Assembly: GCA_951406725.2 (NCBI GenBank)
Contig: OX597825.1
Span: forward strand, 67,084,001 to 67,148,000
Length of the DNA: 64,000 nucleotides
DNA from: Octopus vulgaris
Lineage: Eukaryota
Direction: 5' to 3'
This document shows positions 40,365 to 54,678 of this stretch, piece by piece. The notes beneath the pieces are model-generated. The model searched no databases. It was not told where the DNA came from and worked only from the letters and a program-made list of their open reading frames with translations. Within the stretch, counting starts at the first letter, position 1; each line of letters starts with the position of its first letter. Both the position numbers and the translations under genes were made by a program.

Positions 40365-40970
40365 GACCAGCTTAATCATCGCTGCCCAGGATCAGGCATC
40401 GAACATCAACTCAGTGAAAAGGGATATACACCACGCAAATGCAACGAACCTCTGCAGAATGTGTGAGAAGAGGGTCGAAAGCGTGACTCACAATGTTAGT
40501 GCTTGCGAAAGTCATGCGCAGAAAGAGTACAAGTATAGATACGACAAGCTAGCCCAAAATCTTCAATGGCTAATATGCCGGAAGTATGTATATAAGGTAA
40601 CGGGGACTTGGTACCATCATACACCAAAAATGGCAAACTACGAAAAGGGGAAGGCATAGATACACTGGGACTTTCACTTCCAGACAGACAAGGTATTAGA
40701 GCATCGATGGCTGGATATAGTAACCTTCAGGAGGGACAAACATGTGTGCCTAATTATCGACGTGGACGTGCCAGGAGATCAACATATTATCATGAAACAT
40801 AGAGAAAAGGTTGACAAATACGGAGAACTGCGAATTGAGATCACCAAGACGTGGCAGCTACGACAGACAAATATAAAAGTTGTCCCTTTTTGTCATCCGA
40901 GCATTGGGTTCAATACCACCCGACCTGAAGAAACATTTGGAAGCTTTAGAAATACCCGACAATCTAGGTG
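40365..40970 (+). mobile_element. R4/Dong-like LINE fragment: CCHC knuckle plus restriction-like endonuclease
   Basis: SLIIAAQDQ..CRMCEKRVESVTHNVSAC..YKYRYD, then ILWDFHFQTDKVLEHRWLDIV..CLIIDVDVPGD..EKVDKYGEL, with a stop and frameshifts. Confidence 0.88.
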
Positions 40971-41058
40971 TAAAAACCTTCTGCCCCTGCTTTGAGTCCT
41001 GAACTTTTCAGCAATTGTTGAGATTTATCATCATCATCATCGTCGTCATCGTCGTCGA

Positions 41059-41092
<34 letters not shown>

Positions 41093-41225
41093 TTCATCAC
41101 CGTCATCATCACCGTCATCATCAACATCATCACCATCATCATCGTCATCATCATCATCATTACCATCATCATCATTTTCATCACCATCATCATCGCCATC
41201 ATGATCATGATCATCGTCGTCGTCG

Positions 41226-41323
<98 letters not shown>

Positions 41324-41780
41324 GTACACTCGGCACATGCATCACAGCCATATGTACGCGACATGGTGATCTCCTATCAAGATAAACAGCACATGACCTT
41401 GCAGGTGGGGCCCAGTTAGAATTTTCTTCTGGTTGAGTAACCCATCCCGCTCCAAAGGTCCCTGAATAAGGGTTGTTTAAGTATGTTGAACGAAACACCC
41501 ATGTTTCCAGAGGTGAATTATTCAAACCCCAAAGAATCCCTCTCAACACCATGGCTATGATGATGCTCCCCCACTACTTTTGCTCGTGATCAGAGATGCA
41601 CATATCGTGAATCACTAAGGGACATGCTCGACTGGTTAAGGTCAAACAACTGACAAGCAAATCTGTGGTATTCAGCAGAATATTTGCTGTAGCCCATCTT
41701 TTATACCAAGACAAAACAATGTACATGATAACACTTCCAATCAGTTACGATCCGAAGCTACGAGAGCCACTGCCTTGGCA
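41324..41780 (-). mobile_element. Family F repeat embedded in (TAA)n
   Basis: Reverse-complement homology to 52830-52925 and 53245-53385. Copies abut TAA/TTA arrays. The strand is assigned by convention only. Confidence 0.7.
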
Positions 41781-41794
41781 TTATTATTATTATT

Positions 41795-41837
<43 letters not shown>

Positions 41838-41844
41838 GCAGCAG

Positions 41845-42382
<538 letters not shown>

Positions 42383-42779
42383 TTAATGTACAATGTAGTA
42401 ACTGAAAGAGATCCAAACCAACGGTTTGTCAGTAAATAGTTAAACGACCTCCTCCAGTGGGTTCTGTTTACTGCTCTATAATAAATCCTATTGTAGAATT
42501 AGTGATTTGGCCAACGAAGATATAATCTAATTCATTTTCATTTCAATAATTATAGGGTCAATTGGCCCACAGTATATGCTTCATTATTGCGTTGTTTTAT
42601 ATACGAGCCGTTCGAAATCATCGCACCTTCGGAACAAAAGGCAACGCTAGCCATGCTGTTAACAATCACGTATTTTATTCAATGGAGGCGAAATTTGATG
42701 GATTAAAACTCTATTCAGCATTTTTCCTTTCAATAGTATTTTTCAGCAAGTTTTTTTTTTTGTCGTCCTGAAGCATTGA

Positions 42780-43069
42780 TATCATCATCGTCGTCGGCGG
42801 CGACGGTGGCGACGGCGGCGGAGGCGGTGGCGGTGACGGCGGTGGCGGCGGTGGTGGCGGTGGCTGCAGCATTATCGTCGTCGTCGTGGTTGTCGTCATC
42901 ATCATCATTATCGTCGTCATCATCATCATCATCATCATCATCGTCATCATCATCATCTCCATCTTCAACACCATCACCATCATCATCATCATCGTCATCA
43001 TCATCTTCATCATCATCATCATATTCATCATCATTATCATATTCATCATCATCATCATCTTCATCACTG

Positions 43070-43104
<35 letters not shown>

Positions 43105-43137
43105 GTCATCATCATCATCTCCATCTTCAACATTATC

Positions 43138-43168
<31 letters not shown>

Positions 43169-43405
43169 TCATCATCATATTCATCATCATCATCATATTC
43201 ATCATCATCATCATCATCATCATCATATCATCATCATCATCATCTTCATCACCGTCATCATCACCATCATCACCATCATCATCGTCATCATCATCATCAT
43301 CATCATTACCATCATCATCATTTTCATCACAATCATCATCGCCATCATCATCATCATCATCGTCGTCGTCATCATCATCATTCTCATCCTCATCATCACC
43401 ATCAT
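42780..43405. repeat. Complex (CAT)n/(GGC)n microsatellite
   Basis: Direct reading; internal duplicated variant blocks. Confidence 0.95.
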
Positions 43406-43463
43406 TTCGAAAAAAATATTCTCATCTCTGAAATCAATGGCAAAGAGAAACATACCATAAAAT

Positions 43464-43495
<32 letters not shown>

Positions 43496-44161
43496 ACAAG
43501 TAATTTCCTCTTATGCTATACAAGCTATGTATTTATTTTTTATATGATTATTCATTCTGTAGTTTTCTATTTTTAAAATCCCTCCCGGGAAATCTTTACC
43601 GTTTCTCAAGAAAATATATGAAAGTTTTGAACGTCCGGATTTTGTATTTCAATTGCGACACTTTGTCAGACAACGCTAAATTGATTCTTGTTTTGTAACT
43701 TGTGATGACATTAGTTGTTACTCTTTTCTTATTTTCACACCTTTAATTTTTTATTTCATTTTGCCACAAGGCGAATACTAATGTGAGTGATACAATAATA
43801 ATGAGTTACACTAGACTGTAAACAATCATAATACCCTAGTAAGGATATAAAAAGAGACAAGATTTATTAAATCGCATAAATACGGCTATCAATTGAAAGA
43901 CATATTTCGTATTTCTGTGATATCATCTGAACATTTTACGGCAAATAAAACTGTCTGAAATGATGTATTGTGCAACGAGAAAAATAAAGTTTGCGAACAT
44001 AATATATAATGTGAACAGCACAATTACCTAATATAGATCTCAATAAATATTTACTTATATAATAATTGTATAATGATTGTAATGAATGTATATTGTAGTT
44101 AAGGGCATACATATTTGCATGCACACACAGAGAAGAATATATATATATATATATATATATA

Positions 44162-44582
44162 CTCTTTTACTCTTTTACTCTTTTACTTGTTTCAGTCATT
44201 TGACTGCGGCCATGCTGGAAAACCGACTTTAATCGAGCAACTCGACCCCGGGACTTATTCTTTTGTAAGCCCAGTACTTATTCTATCGGTCTCTTTTGCC
44301 GAACCGCTAAGTAACGGGGACATATACACACCAGCTTCGGTTGTCAAGCAATGCTAGGGGGACAAACACAGACACACAAACACATACACATACATACATA
44401 TATATATATATATGCGACAGGCTTCTTTCAGTTTCCGTCTACCAAATCCATTCACAAGGCTTTGGTCGGCCCGAGGCTATAGTAGAAGACACTTGCCCAA
44501 GGTGCCACTGCCCCGGAACTGAACCCGGAAAACCATGTGGTCGGTAAACAAGCTACTTACCACACAGCCACTCCTGCGCCTA
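44162..44582 (-). mobile_element. Family C tRNA/CORE-type SINE, full length
   Basis: Reverse complement of 54276-54678. CORE-like GGCACCTTGGGCAAGTG, internal microsatellite and (AAAAGAGT)n tail. Confidence 0.9.
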
Positions 44583-44596
44583 TATATATATATATA

Positions 44597-44930
44597 TGTT
44601 GTTGTTGTGTTTTTGTCTCATTTGGTCTAAAGTCGTATGACAACCACCGTTCTATATATTTTGTTTATTCATTACTGTTTTCAATTTCGTTTTCGTCTCT
44701 TGTATTCACATCCGTCTTGTGCGTTCACATTCCTGTCTTCTACCAAGAAATCTAATGCTTACAGCTTAGTTTTTTTTCTTGGGGCTGGCCGAGTTGGAGC
44801 AAATATCAGAATTGAACAGCCGAAATTTGCTATGATGATTCGGTGTCTGACTGAAGATTGAAGGCTTCGAATGATTTGTCTGTGTTCCGTGTTCGTCCCT
44901 TCCTGTATTTCACGTTCATTATATATAAAA
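44597..44930 (+). mobile_element. Family E interspersed repeat between (TA)n runs
   Basis: Homologous to 35340-35600 in reverse orientation. Confidence 0.55.
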
Positions 44931-44939
44931 ACATTCATT

Positions 44940-45009
<70 letters not shown>

Positions 45010-45204
45010 TAATGAGAGAGATAAATTGAATATCAATTTAATTAATATCAATTTAAAACCAGTAGCCTAGCATACAAAAATCTGAAAAATCAGAGAAAAT
45101 TCTAATACATGTGTATATATATATATATATATTTACATAAACACACACATTTATGTGCGTGTGTGTGTGTGCATGTGTTTATGTTTATGTGTGTGTTTGT
45201 CATT

Positions 45205-45400
45205 TATCTTTCACTTGTTCAGTCATTTGACTGTGGCCATGCAGTATTTCAAGAATTTTTTTAGCCGAAAGAATTGACCCCAGGAAGTGTGCTTATTGTT
45301 TCGGACGATTTTACCAGACCGCTAGACTGCGGGGTCCTAAACACACCAACACCGGTTGTCAAGCAGTGGTAAGGTCAAACAAAGACACAGCGACACACAT
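45205..45400 (-). mobile_element. Family C SINE 3' half
   Basis: CAGTCATTTGACTGTGGCCATGC..ACACCAACACCGGTTGTCAAGCAGTGG. Confidence 0.75.
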
Positions 45401-45405
45401 ACATA

Positions 45406-45408
45406 GGT

Positions 45409-45463
<55 letters not shown>

Positions 45464-45473
45464 TAATTAGGGT

Positions 45474-45518
<45 letters not shown>

Positions 45519-45540
45519 CAGCCTATCTACCTACCTATGT

Positions 45541-45591
<51 letters not shown>

Positions 45592-45599
45592 TAATTAGG

Positions 45600-45643
<44 letters not shown>

Positions 45644-45680
45644 CATCTATCTATCTATCAGCCTATCTACCTACCTATGT
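45406..45680. repeat. Tandem duplication of a compound microsatellite block
   Basis: AGGT(AT)n-AATTATAATTAGGGTT(CT)n(CTAT)nCAGCCTATCTACCTACCTATGT occurs twice (about 45406-45540 and 45541-45680). Confidence 0.85.
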
Positions 45681-45916
45681 TTCTATATATCCATCTCCAT
45701 TGCCATGGAAGCAGACCTCAAAAACTAAAACATTGTTCTCTTCTTAGAAACAACCCCCATCCACCCAAAACATCGGCTTTGTATAAATGAAAAAGCTGTT
45801 TGTACACACACAAAATTTTATTTGACAAGTTCGAGAAACGAACGAAAGCGCTAATAATAATGAAAAATAAAAAGATTATTATAACGAATTTCTCTCTTTC
45901 TCTCTCTCTCCCTCCC

Positions 45917-45954
<38 letters not shown>

Positions 45955-45959
<5 letters not shown>

Positions 45960-47345
45960 TGAGTTTCAAATTATTAACCATGTAATATTAAAAAAAAAAA
46001 TGCTCTTGGAATTCACCAAACTTTCCACAGAATCGTTATATGCGTAATCGTTCTATGTGTGAGGTGTGAAAAAGACGTGAGATTTTGCACAAGTGTATGC
46101 AAACTGTGGTCATTTGCATAATCTCCATGAACTTTCAGAGTTCCAAATTAATAACGAGTGGTCTGATAATCGTGTAATTACGGCTCGTAAATGTGACTTA
46201 ATTTCTTCAGAGAAATCTGTTATTACTCCTAAACTTGCAAAACGTATATCAACATTAGAAATATGTAAAATAATTGCAATCTGTGAAAGCAATTGTCACA
46301 GCTTCTTCGAAGATACCTAAGAGAACCAACAAGAGTCAGTCGCAAGTCTGTTTCTCAAAGTTCTCTGTAACGAATTAAGCGTGAAGCTGTAAAGAACCCA
46401 GTTCTTACAATTGGAGAAATTTGGAAATGCATTCGCGTCATCATGTCCAGAAACACACAATGTCATCTGAAAAAGGACGGGAAGGCAGTGATATCAGTTT
46501 AGAGGTCTCCTTTAAACAAAATACACATACAAAATCGTCCGAAATAAGAATTAGGTAACATGATGGTCAACTTTTCAAGAGTTTTACTAACAGACAAAAC
46601 TCGTGCTACGTTTGATGGACCTCATGGTTAGAGCAAGAGATGGGTTGTAAAAAACGTGATCGTCATCAACACTTGAGACACAAGCAGGGGCGGGGGAGGC
46701 ATCATGATTTGGGCAGGTTATTGGAGGTATTATGGTTGGTCCTTGGAATGTACCTGGCGGTGATAAAATGACCTCGGATGATTACACAGCTTTTCTGAGG
46801 GAGCACCTTGAAATTTGATTAAAAATGCAAAGTATCACCTTGAAGACAACCATAATAATAGTCATGCAAATAATGCACTTTCGCACTCAGTGACGAAAAC
46901 CACAGAGTATCTACAACAATTAGGCTTCTTAGGACCTGGGAAGATAAATAAGCCTGTTTGTTCCCCCGACTTAAACCCAATAGAAAACTTCTGGAGTATT
47001 CTAAAGCAACGAGCTTACGACAAAGGACGCCAATTTCGGAGCAAGGATGAACTGTAGCAGGTAACAGGAAATATATCTCGCGGTATAACCTCAGAGGATA
47101 TTCAGAAATTAGCACGTTCTATGATCCAGTGCCTTTTCCAACTTATTTCAAATGAAAGCTCATATATCTCTTACTAACCAGCTCAGCTGTCATTTTTTAA
47201 ACGCTGTTCATTTGTTTATTGTTCTTTCTCCCATGTTTATGACTGTGTGCGTTCATTTCAGTATGTACATCAAACAATCAAATCGGTATTTACTTGTTTC
47301 TATGAGTTTTTATTATACCTCGCTGATAATTTGAAACTGAAAGTT
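45955..47345 (+). mobile_element. Decayed Tc1-like DNA transposon, near full length
   Basis: Motifs FSRVLLTDKTRATFDGPHG, GGIMIWAG, HANNALSH and CSPDLNPIENFWSILKQRAY. Degenerate TIRs AGTTTCAAATTAT / ATAATTTGAAACT. Confidence 0.85.
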
Positions 47346-47470
47346 TACGTAAATTTGGTAAATGGCCGTAGTTTCTCTATTGTTTTACGGAACGACGCGT
47401 TTTTTACTCACTCTCTCTAACACTTTCTCTCTGGCTCTCTCTTTCTCTCTATCTCTCTCTCTCTCTCTCT

Positions 47471-47541
<71 letters not shown>

Positions 47542-47824
47542 CATATATTCACACATGCATATGTATATACATATACATATAAATATATATATATATATGC
47601 ATGTGTGTATATATGTATGTATAACATATACATGTATACACCTATGTTTAAATACACTTATATATTCATACACACACATACATATTAAAGCATCTCGGGA
47701 GAGTCACCTCCAATCATATTCTCATGCATTGTTTACGTTTCACTTTTTATTATTTCTCAAAAGGTTAAGTATTTCACCAATGACACTATCGATTGTTTGA
47801 TAAATCGTTGAGTTAACCAATCAA

Positions 47825-48070
47825 TCATGTTTCGGGCAGTCCTTGTGATGCTTCCTTGGTGCTCCCCTTTTGCGATGGCCAGTGGCGAGCTCACCGTACA
47901 TGATGATCTTGGGTAGGCGGTGGTCTTTAATGCTGTCAACGTGCCCTGCCCAATATAGTCGTGTCTCAAGTAAAATGGCTTTCAGACTGGTGACCTTTGT
48001 TCACTCTAGAACCTCAATGTTGATGAAGTAGTCCTTCCAGTAAATGCTAAGTATGGTACAGAAGCAGCGT
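47825..48070 (-). mobile_element. RTE-clade LINE C-terminal fragment
   Basis: Translation ILSIYWKDYFINIEVLE*..RLYWAGHVDSIKDHRLPKIIMYGELATGHRKRGAPRKHHKD. Confidence 0.85.
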
Positions 48071-48211
48071 ATACAGCTAAGGCACAAAACACACTCACAC
48101 ACACGTATATATGTAAAAGACTTTTTCAATTCCTGAGCGTTATACTAATACATCTGATTGTTTGGTACGCTATCTGTCTTCGTCTTTTGTTTTTTTCGTG
48201 AACTCTACCCT

Positions 48212-48254
<43 letters not shown>

Positions 48255-48420
48255 TGATTTTCACTCTCGATGAATTTATCCCTTTTTTGTGTCCCTAGCA
48301 CTTGGCATCCTTATTTAGGAGCCCTTAATTATATTTCTATATGAATAATATTTTGTCTAATGACTAATTCGTCTTTTGTGCTGGGCCACTGGTAGTAATC
48401 TATGTTATTACCCTTTTTTG

Positions 48421-48475
<55 letters not shown>

Positions 48476-48479
<4 letters not shown>

Positions 48480-49198
48480 TAAGGGTAGGAATTTATATTA
48501 ATCAATTAAAACCAGTGGCCTAGCATATTTTTTAAAAAATCTGAAGATTAAAATTTTTTTACATACAAAATTTAGAGGACTTACCACATAAAGTGGACAG
48601 CTTGTATGCTAGATATAGACGTCAAGTCGCCATTTTCCACGAATAATGTATTCTCAAGAAAAAACTTGGCAAAAACCAAAGTGTAAAAATAAGTAAGACA
48701 AATGATAATATACGAAATAAAAAAAACGATTACCTATGTACTAATTAGTTTCACTTGTTAATATTTACGTATATGGGCACGTAAACATCTGGAAGATCAT
48801 CAGCATAGTCTGTCGTTTACAAAACACAATTTCCAGAACTAGATATAGAACGCTCGACTGAAATCCAGCATGTATAAAGTTCTACAGTTATATTTATGTG
48901 TATCTTTCAAATGCCTTCACTTTGGCGCGCTGAGCTCAGAAATTACTCTGAAGTTAATAAACTACAGCAGTCAATTGACCGGTTAGAGAATATTTTTTTT
49001 TAATTAAATAAGGGTAGAAATTGATATTAATGAATTAACACCAGTGACCTTGCATATTTTTAAAAAATCCGAAGATTAAAAATTTTCTTACATACAAAAT
49101 TTAGAGGACTGACCACTAAATGGAAAATGGCAACATGACGTCAATATCTAGCATACAGACTGTCCACTTTTAGTGGTCAATCCTCTAAATTTTGTATA
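48476..49198 (-). mobile_element. PLE-like element: partial tandem plus inverted terminal repeat with hammerhead, flanked by (TA)n
   Basis: 48476-48590 is repeated directly at about 49005-49120. 49121-49198 is the reverse complement of about 48562-48638. Related ends occur at 45006-45108 and, inverted, at 48380-48425. Confidence 0.75.
48734..48808 (-). ncRNA. Type I hammerhead ribozyme (predicted)
   Basis: Minus strand reads CTATG-CTGATGA-TCTT..ATGTTTACGT/ACGTAAATAT..AAGT-GAAA-CTAATTAG-TA-CATAG. Perfect 5-bp stem I, palindromic stem III, GUA triplet. Confidence 0.78.
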
Positions 49199-49259
49199 CA
49201 TATATATATATATCTATATATATATATATGTATGTATGTGTATATATATAAACATACAC

Positions 49260-49440
49260 AGGCACAGAGGTGGGAGTGTGGTTAGAGGCTTGCTTCACAA
49301 CCACATGGTTCCATGATACATCTGACTGTGTGTCACCCTGGGCAAGTGTCTCCTACTATATATAGCTTTGGAACGACCAAATCCTTGTGAGTCGATACTG
49401 GATTTGGTAAACAGAAACTGAAAGAAACTCGTCCCATATA
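49260..49440 (+). mobile_element. Family C SINE 5' half
   Basis: CAACCACATGGTTCC..CACCCTGGGCAAGTGTCTCCTACTATA..GAAACTGAAAGAAAC. Confidence 0.75.
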
Positions 49441-49710
49441 TCGAAGTGTGATATACTTAATTGGTGCATATCTAAAAAATAAACTCCAATACTATTAAAT
49501 TTTACATTGATATATAATATTAAACCAGCGAAGCGTGGATGTTAACATCACTTTTAAGAGATATAGTGGGATATATCAATGGCAGTCCTTAACAAGGATA
49601 TTATTTTCTCCCTTACATAATATATGTAAAGCAACATTGACCTCGTTGGGATGTGAACTTCTAACCTAAATATCTGTAACCAACAATGTTATCCGTGTAC
49701 TGCCTTATAT

Positions 49711-50095
49711 GGAAGCACTCCGTCGGTTACGACGATGAGGGTTCCGGTTGATCCGAATCAACGGAACAGCCTGCTCGTGAAATTAACGTGTAAGTGGCTG
49801 AGCACTCCACAGACACGTGCACCCTTAACGTAGTTCTCGGGGATATTCAGCGTGACACAGAGAGTGACATAGTCGGCCCCTTGAAATACAGGTACAACAG
49901 AAACAGGAAGTAAGAGTGAGAGAAAGTTGTGGTGAAAGAGTACAGCAGGGATCACCACCATCCCCTGCCGGAGCCTCGTGGAGCTTTTAGGTGTTTTCGC
50001 TCAATAAACACTCACAACGCCCGGTCTGGTAATCGAAACCGCGATCCCATGACCGCGAGTCCGCTGCCCTAACCACTGGGCCATTGCGCTTCCAC
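49711..50095 (-). mobile_element. tRNA-derived SINE, family A, full length with 12-bp TSD
   Basis: Reverse complement of 678-1065; TSD ACTGCCTTATAT at 49699-49710 and 50096-50107. Confidence 0.93.
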
Positions 50096-50375
50096 ACTGC
50101 CTTATATAAAGTCTATATCATTCACCGAATACTTACATTAACCAACGACGTTGTTTTATTTTTATACACATGAATTACCTTAAGAAATACTGAATTCACT
50201 CATCTTTAGAATATTTTACGTAACTAAACAGAACGTCGCATTTTCATGACCCACGTCGCCATATTAGCTTTAGTTATACTTCTGTTAAATGCATTAACAT
50301 GGTCCATTTCCTTCTTCATCTTTTGTTTTAATTTATTTAAATTATACGTTTATTCGTTCTTTTCTTATATCCTCA

Positions 50376-50466
<91 letters not shown>

Positions 50467-50863
50467 TTATTCTTATTGTCAATTCACGTTCTTATCCTTA
50501 GTGTGTTTGTGTTACCATTGGGTGTTTTTGACTAATGGTATTCTTAATAACTTTCTGGATCTTTTGAAATGATTTCAATCAACCTATTATTATATAGAGT
50601 AGCGCTTGTGTTTCAATCTTACAAGTGGCCTGAAGATCGGAAATGTAATACTACCAGATGTAATTTCTGAAGGTTCAGCTTCGAAATAAAAGCTTACAGT
50701 CTGTTATTGTTTTATTGAATGGTAACTGCTTTTGGTTGTAAACACAAACTTCTATTAATTACATACACAGAAGCACACAATACTGTATGCACATACACAC
50801 GTATACACATGTACACACACACACACACACAGATATATATATGTATATATATATGTAAATACC

Positions 50864-50912
<49 letters not shown>

Positions 50913-51693
50913 GTGTAATAAATAAAATATATGCATACATACAAACATATATGTACGTACCGACATCTACATGTATATATACATGCATATATAAATATAT
51001 ATATACGTACAGGACATCACAAGAAGACGAAAAAATCAACAGAACGAAAACGGAGAAGACATTTTGTTACAACAGAAGGACAGAGACGTGGAATAAGACG
51101 AAACGAAAACGAAAACGGGAAAAACAATTATGTGTAGCAGAAAAACGAAGTACAGGACATGCTACACAAGGAAAAATCCCCTTCATCAGCTGTCGCTAGC
51201 AGACACGTGTTTCGAAGGCAGAGACAGAACACGTAAGGGCAAGCTGGGCCTTCCTACGAGAGAATTAAAATAAAATAAACTCGTAGAGGGGTAAACGAAA
51301 ATGTAACACAAAACGGGACGTAACAAAGAACTGCACAAAAAATACATACAAGAAAAAAATAATACAAAATTAAAGATACATGTATATATATATATAGTTA
51401 ATGCAAACATGAAAGCACAAAAGAACACAACAACGCGAAGACGTGGAACACACATACATATATAAATGTATGAACGTACATAAGTACATATATATGTATG
51501 TGTGTGTGCATAAGCATATGCATGTATGTATATCTGTACATTTTTTATGTCTGTATGTAAGTATGCACTGGTGCATTGTTCTTATATAGACAAATGATCT
51601 AACAAGGATTGTGATCTTCAGATATACATACATAAACAAGCAGACTTTGCTATACCTATTGACACACTGCTACGTAGACATACACACACACAC

Positions 51694-51759
<66 letters not shown>

Positions 51760-51760
<1 letters not shown>

Positions 51761-51956
51761 GGAAGAGTTTACGAAAAAAACAAAAGACGAAGACAGGTGG
51801 TGTACAAAACAAACAGATGTATTAGTATAACGCTCAGGAATGGAAAAGGCATTTTACGTTTCGAGCCTACGCTCTTCTACAGAAAGGGACACAGAAAAAA
51901 CAAGGAGAGAAACAAGGAGGGAAAAATATGTGTAGTGGCTAACGATCTATCATGGC

Positions 51957-51958
<2 letters not shown>
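51760..51958 (-). mobile_element. Family D repeat with hammerhead-like motif, ending in (TA)n
   Basis: Minus strand CTTT-CTGTAGA-A-GAGC GTAG GCTC-GAAA-CG-TA-AAAT at 51851-51886. Confidence 0.8.
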
Positions 51959-52006
<48 letters not shown>

Positions 52007-52765
52007 GAGAGAAAGAGAGGGAGTTGAAAGAAAGATAAAATGGTAAATAGACTATGAAATTTAAGATATTTGAATAAGAACAATAAAAAAAATATCGGTC
52101 AAAAGGCGCTGAGGTTTATGAAATGGAAAACATTATTTCTCATTGAAAATTATCCGAAATAATAATTTCTAAAATATATCCCTATATATTTCAACTTAGT
52201 TAATCAAACCCCGATTTTCACCACCCGTTACCCGTCCTGTAATGTTGTTGATATAATCTAATATTATTTTAACATATTTTTCAACTGACAAATTACATCA
52301 TTCCATTTTCGAGCACTGAAGTCTCTGTTTATGCAATTCATGTCTTCCTTATTAAAATGCTATAGCCTAATAACATTTTAGTCCAATCGCATCACAGTTT
52401 TCAAAAGATTCTGGCAATATTCCAGATATTTAGCGAAGGCTTAGTATTATAATATGCAATAAGTTTTCCTTGTATTAGACTTCACAGATAACGTATTATC
52501 AGCAGAGAAATTCATCAATTTCTTCCTACGATGCTGCTAATTTCTTCTTTCCTGGCGCTACTTACAGTCAATCTAACTTTATTCATTTGCTTTACAAAAG
52601 ATGAAACTTAATCTGTAGAATCTAATGTGTAGAAAAATATGAAAAGAAATTGCCGGAAAGCTACCAAAGCTTCGAGTAATTTAGGAGACTAAACAAATTA
52701 TATATTGCTACGCAAAAATCTTGCGGATGCATTTAACAACAACAACAATAATAATAATAATAATA

Positions 52766-52798
<33 letters not shown>

Positions 52799-53094
52799 GA
52801 GTAGGATCGGCTATTCGGCCCGAAGAAAATTCTATCTGATTCTCATCTGCAAGGTCATGCACTGTTTATCTTGATACGAGATCACCATATTGCTCACATA
52901 TGGTTGTGGGGCATGTGCCTGGTGTTAATTTTTTTCTTTTTTCTCTCTGTCGTGTTTGCCTCAATCACATGCCTTTGTAACTGAACAATCTGGTGTGTTT
53001 ATTTTAATGGCCTACTAATACTTGGTCTGCCTTTTAACTACTCTCAGTGTCAGGAAGACACGCGACAAGAAACAAGGTGGTAATGAAAATAGTG

Positions 53095-53144
<50 letters not shown>

Positions 53145-53163
53145 CATAATAATAATAATAATA

Positions 53164-53247
<84 letters not shown>

Positions 53248-53434
53248 TCCCTGATGCAGTACCAGGCATTGGCTCTCATGGTTTCTGATCCTAGCTGATT
53301 AGAAGTGTTATCATGTATAAGTTTTGTCTTGGTATAAAAGATGGGCTACAGCAAGTACTCTGCTCAATATCTCAGATTTGCCTGCTTAGATTATGGCAAC
53401 AAATACAGTAATCGACAAATTGGGATGGTCACTA

Positions 53435-53600
53435 GTTGCTGGCCGTTGGTTCCCAAACCACCGCACAGCCCAGATCTAGTGCTTTCTAACACCCGGTTTT
53501 TCGGTGCAATGAAAGGGAGACTTCGAAGAAAATAATTGAAATGTCACGGACGAGGGGAAAATGACTGGGAAGATGTGAGTAGAAGAGTACAGAGCTGAGT
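53435..53600 (+). mobile_element. Mariner-like transposase fragment
   Basis: WPLVPKPPHSPDLVLSNTRFFGAMKGRLR resembles the HPPYSPDLAPSDFxLF motif. Confidence 0.65.
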
Positions 53601-53799
53601 ATTTTCGCAGAGGATTTAACGAAGGCTCAAATACATCTCTTGTAAAAGAGATAATGTTAAGCAGAATATTTCTTACAATGTTCTATCAACTTTCTATCAA
53701 TTTGAGCGAAATATATAGCAGTTAATAAGAGACACGGTTTTCCTTACTTTTGCATTACTTTAGGTAAAATGCTGTATTAACTTCAACTGGATAACATAC

Positions 53800-54240
53800 T
53801 TTATCTTTTATCTTTTACTTGATTCACTCATTGTTCTTCAGTGAACCTGGGGCACCGCCTTGAAGTGGTTGACGGAGCAAACTGACCCTAGCTTTTATTC
53901 ATGAAATTTCGTGCTTATTTTATCGGTTATAACTAAAAAGTTATAACTACGAAGTGTCGTGCTTATCTTATCGGGGCTATAACTAAATAGCTATGGGGAT
54001 GTAAACAACCCAATACTGGTTTTCAATTCATGATAGGAGAGAAGCACAGACACAAAGACACATACACACATAAATACACTTATATTTACGACTGGCTTCC
54101 ACACGAATTCCGCTACCGAATTCGCGCACCAACCTTTGTTTTCCCGGGCTATGGTAGAGTAAAATTGCTCATGGTGCAGCACCATGCGATGAACTCAAAA
54201 CCGGATTATTCCAAACCGAGTTTTATAACTATACAGCGAA
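53800..54240 (-). mobile_element. Degenerate family C SINE
   Basis: CTGGGGCACCGCCTTGAAG..GCTATGGGGATGTAAACAACCCAATACTGGTT..CCGGGCTATGGTAGA. Confidence 0.6.
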
Positions 54241-54275
54241 TAGTTTTCCACCTCGAAAACTGAAAATAAATATAG

Positions 54276-54678
54276 GCGCAGGAGTGGCTGTGTGGTAAGT
54301 AGTTTGCTTACCAACCACATGGTTCCGGGTTCAGTCCCACTGCGTGGCACCTTGGGCACATGTCTTCTACTATAGCCTCAGGCCGACCAAAGCCTTGTGA
54401 GTGGATTTGGTACACGAAAACTGAAAGAATCCCGTCGTATATATGTATATATATATGTGTGTGTGTTTGTGTGTCTGTGTTTGTCCCCCCAACATCGCTT
54501 GACAACCGATGCTGGTGTGTTTACGTCCCCGTAACTTAGCGGTTCAGTAGAAAAGACCGATAGAATAAGTACTAGGCTTACAAAGAATAAGTCCTGGGGT
54601 CGATTTGCTCGACTAAAGGCGGTGCTCCAGCATGGCCACAGTCAAATGACTGAAACGAGTAAAAGAGATAAAAGAGAA
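54276..54678 (+). mobile_element. Family C tRNA/CORE-type SINE, full length
   Basis: GGCGCAGGAGTGGCTGTGTGG head, GGTTCAGTCCC B-box-like motif, CORE-like GGCACCTTGGGCA, internal (TA)/(TG) repeat and AAAAGAG tail. Confidence 0.9.
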
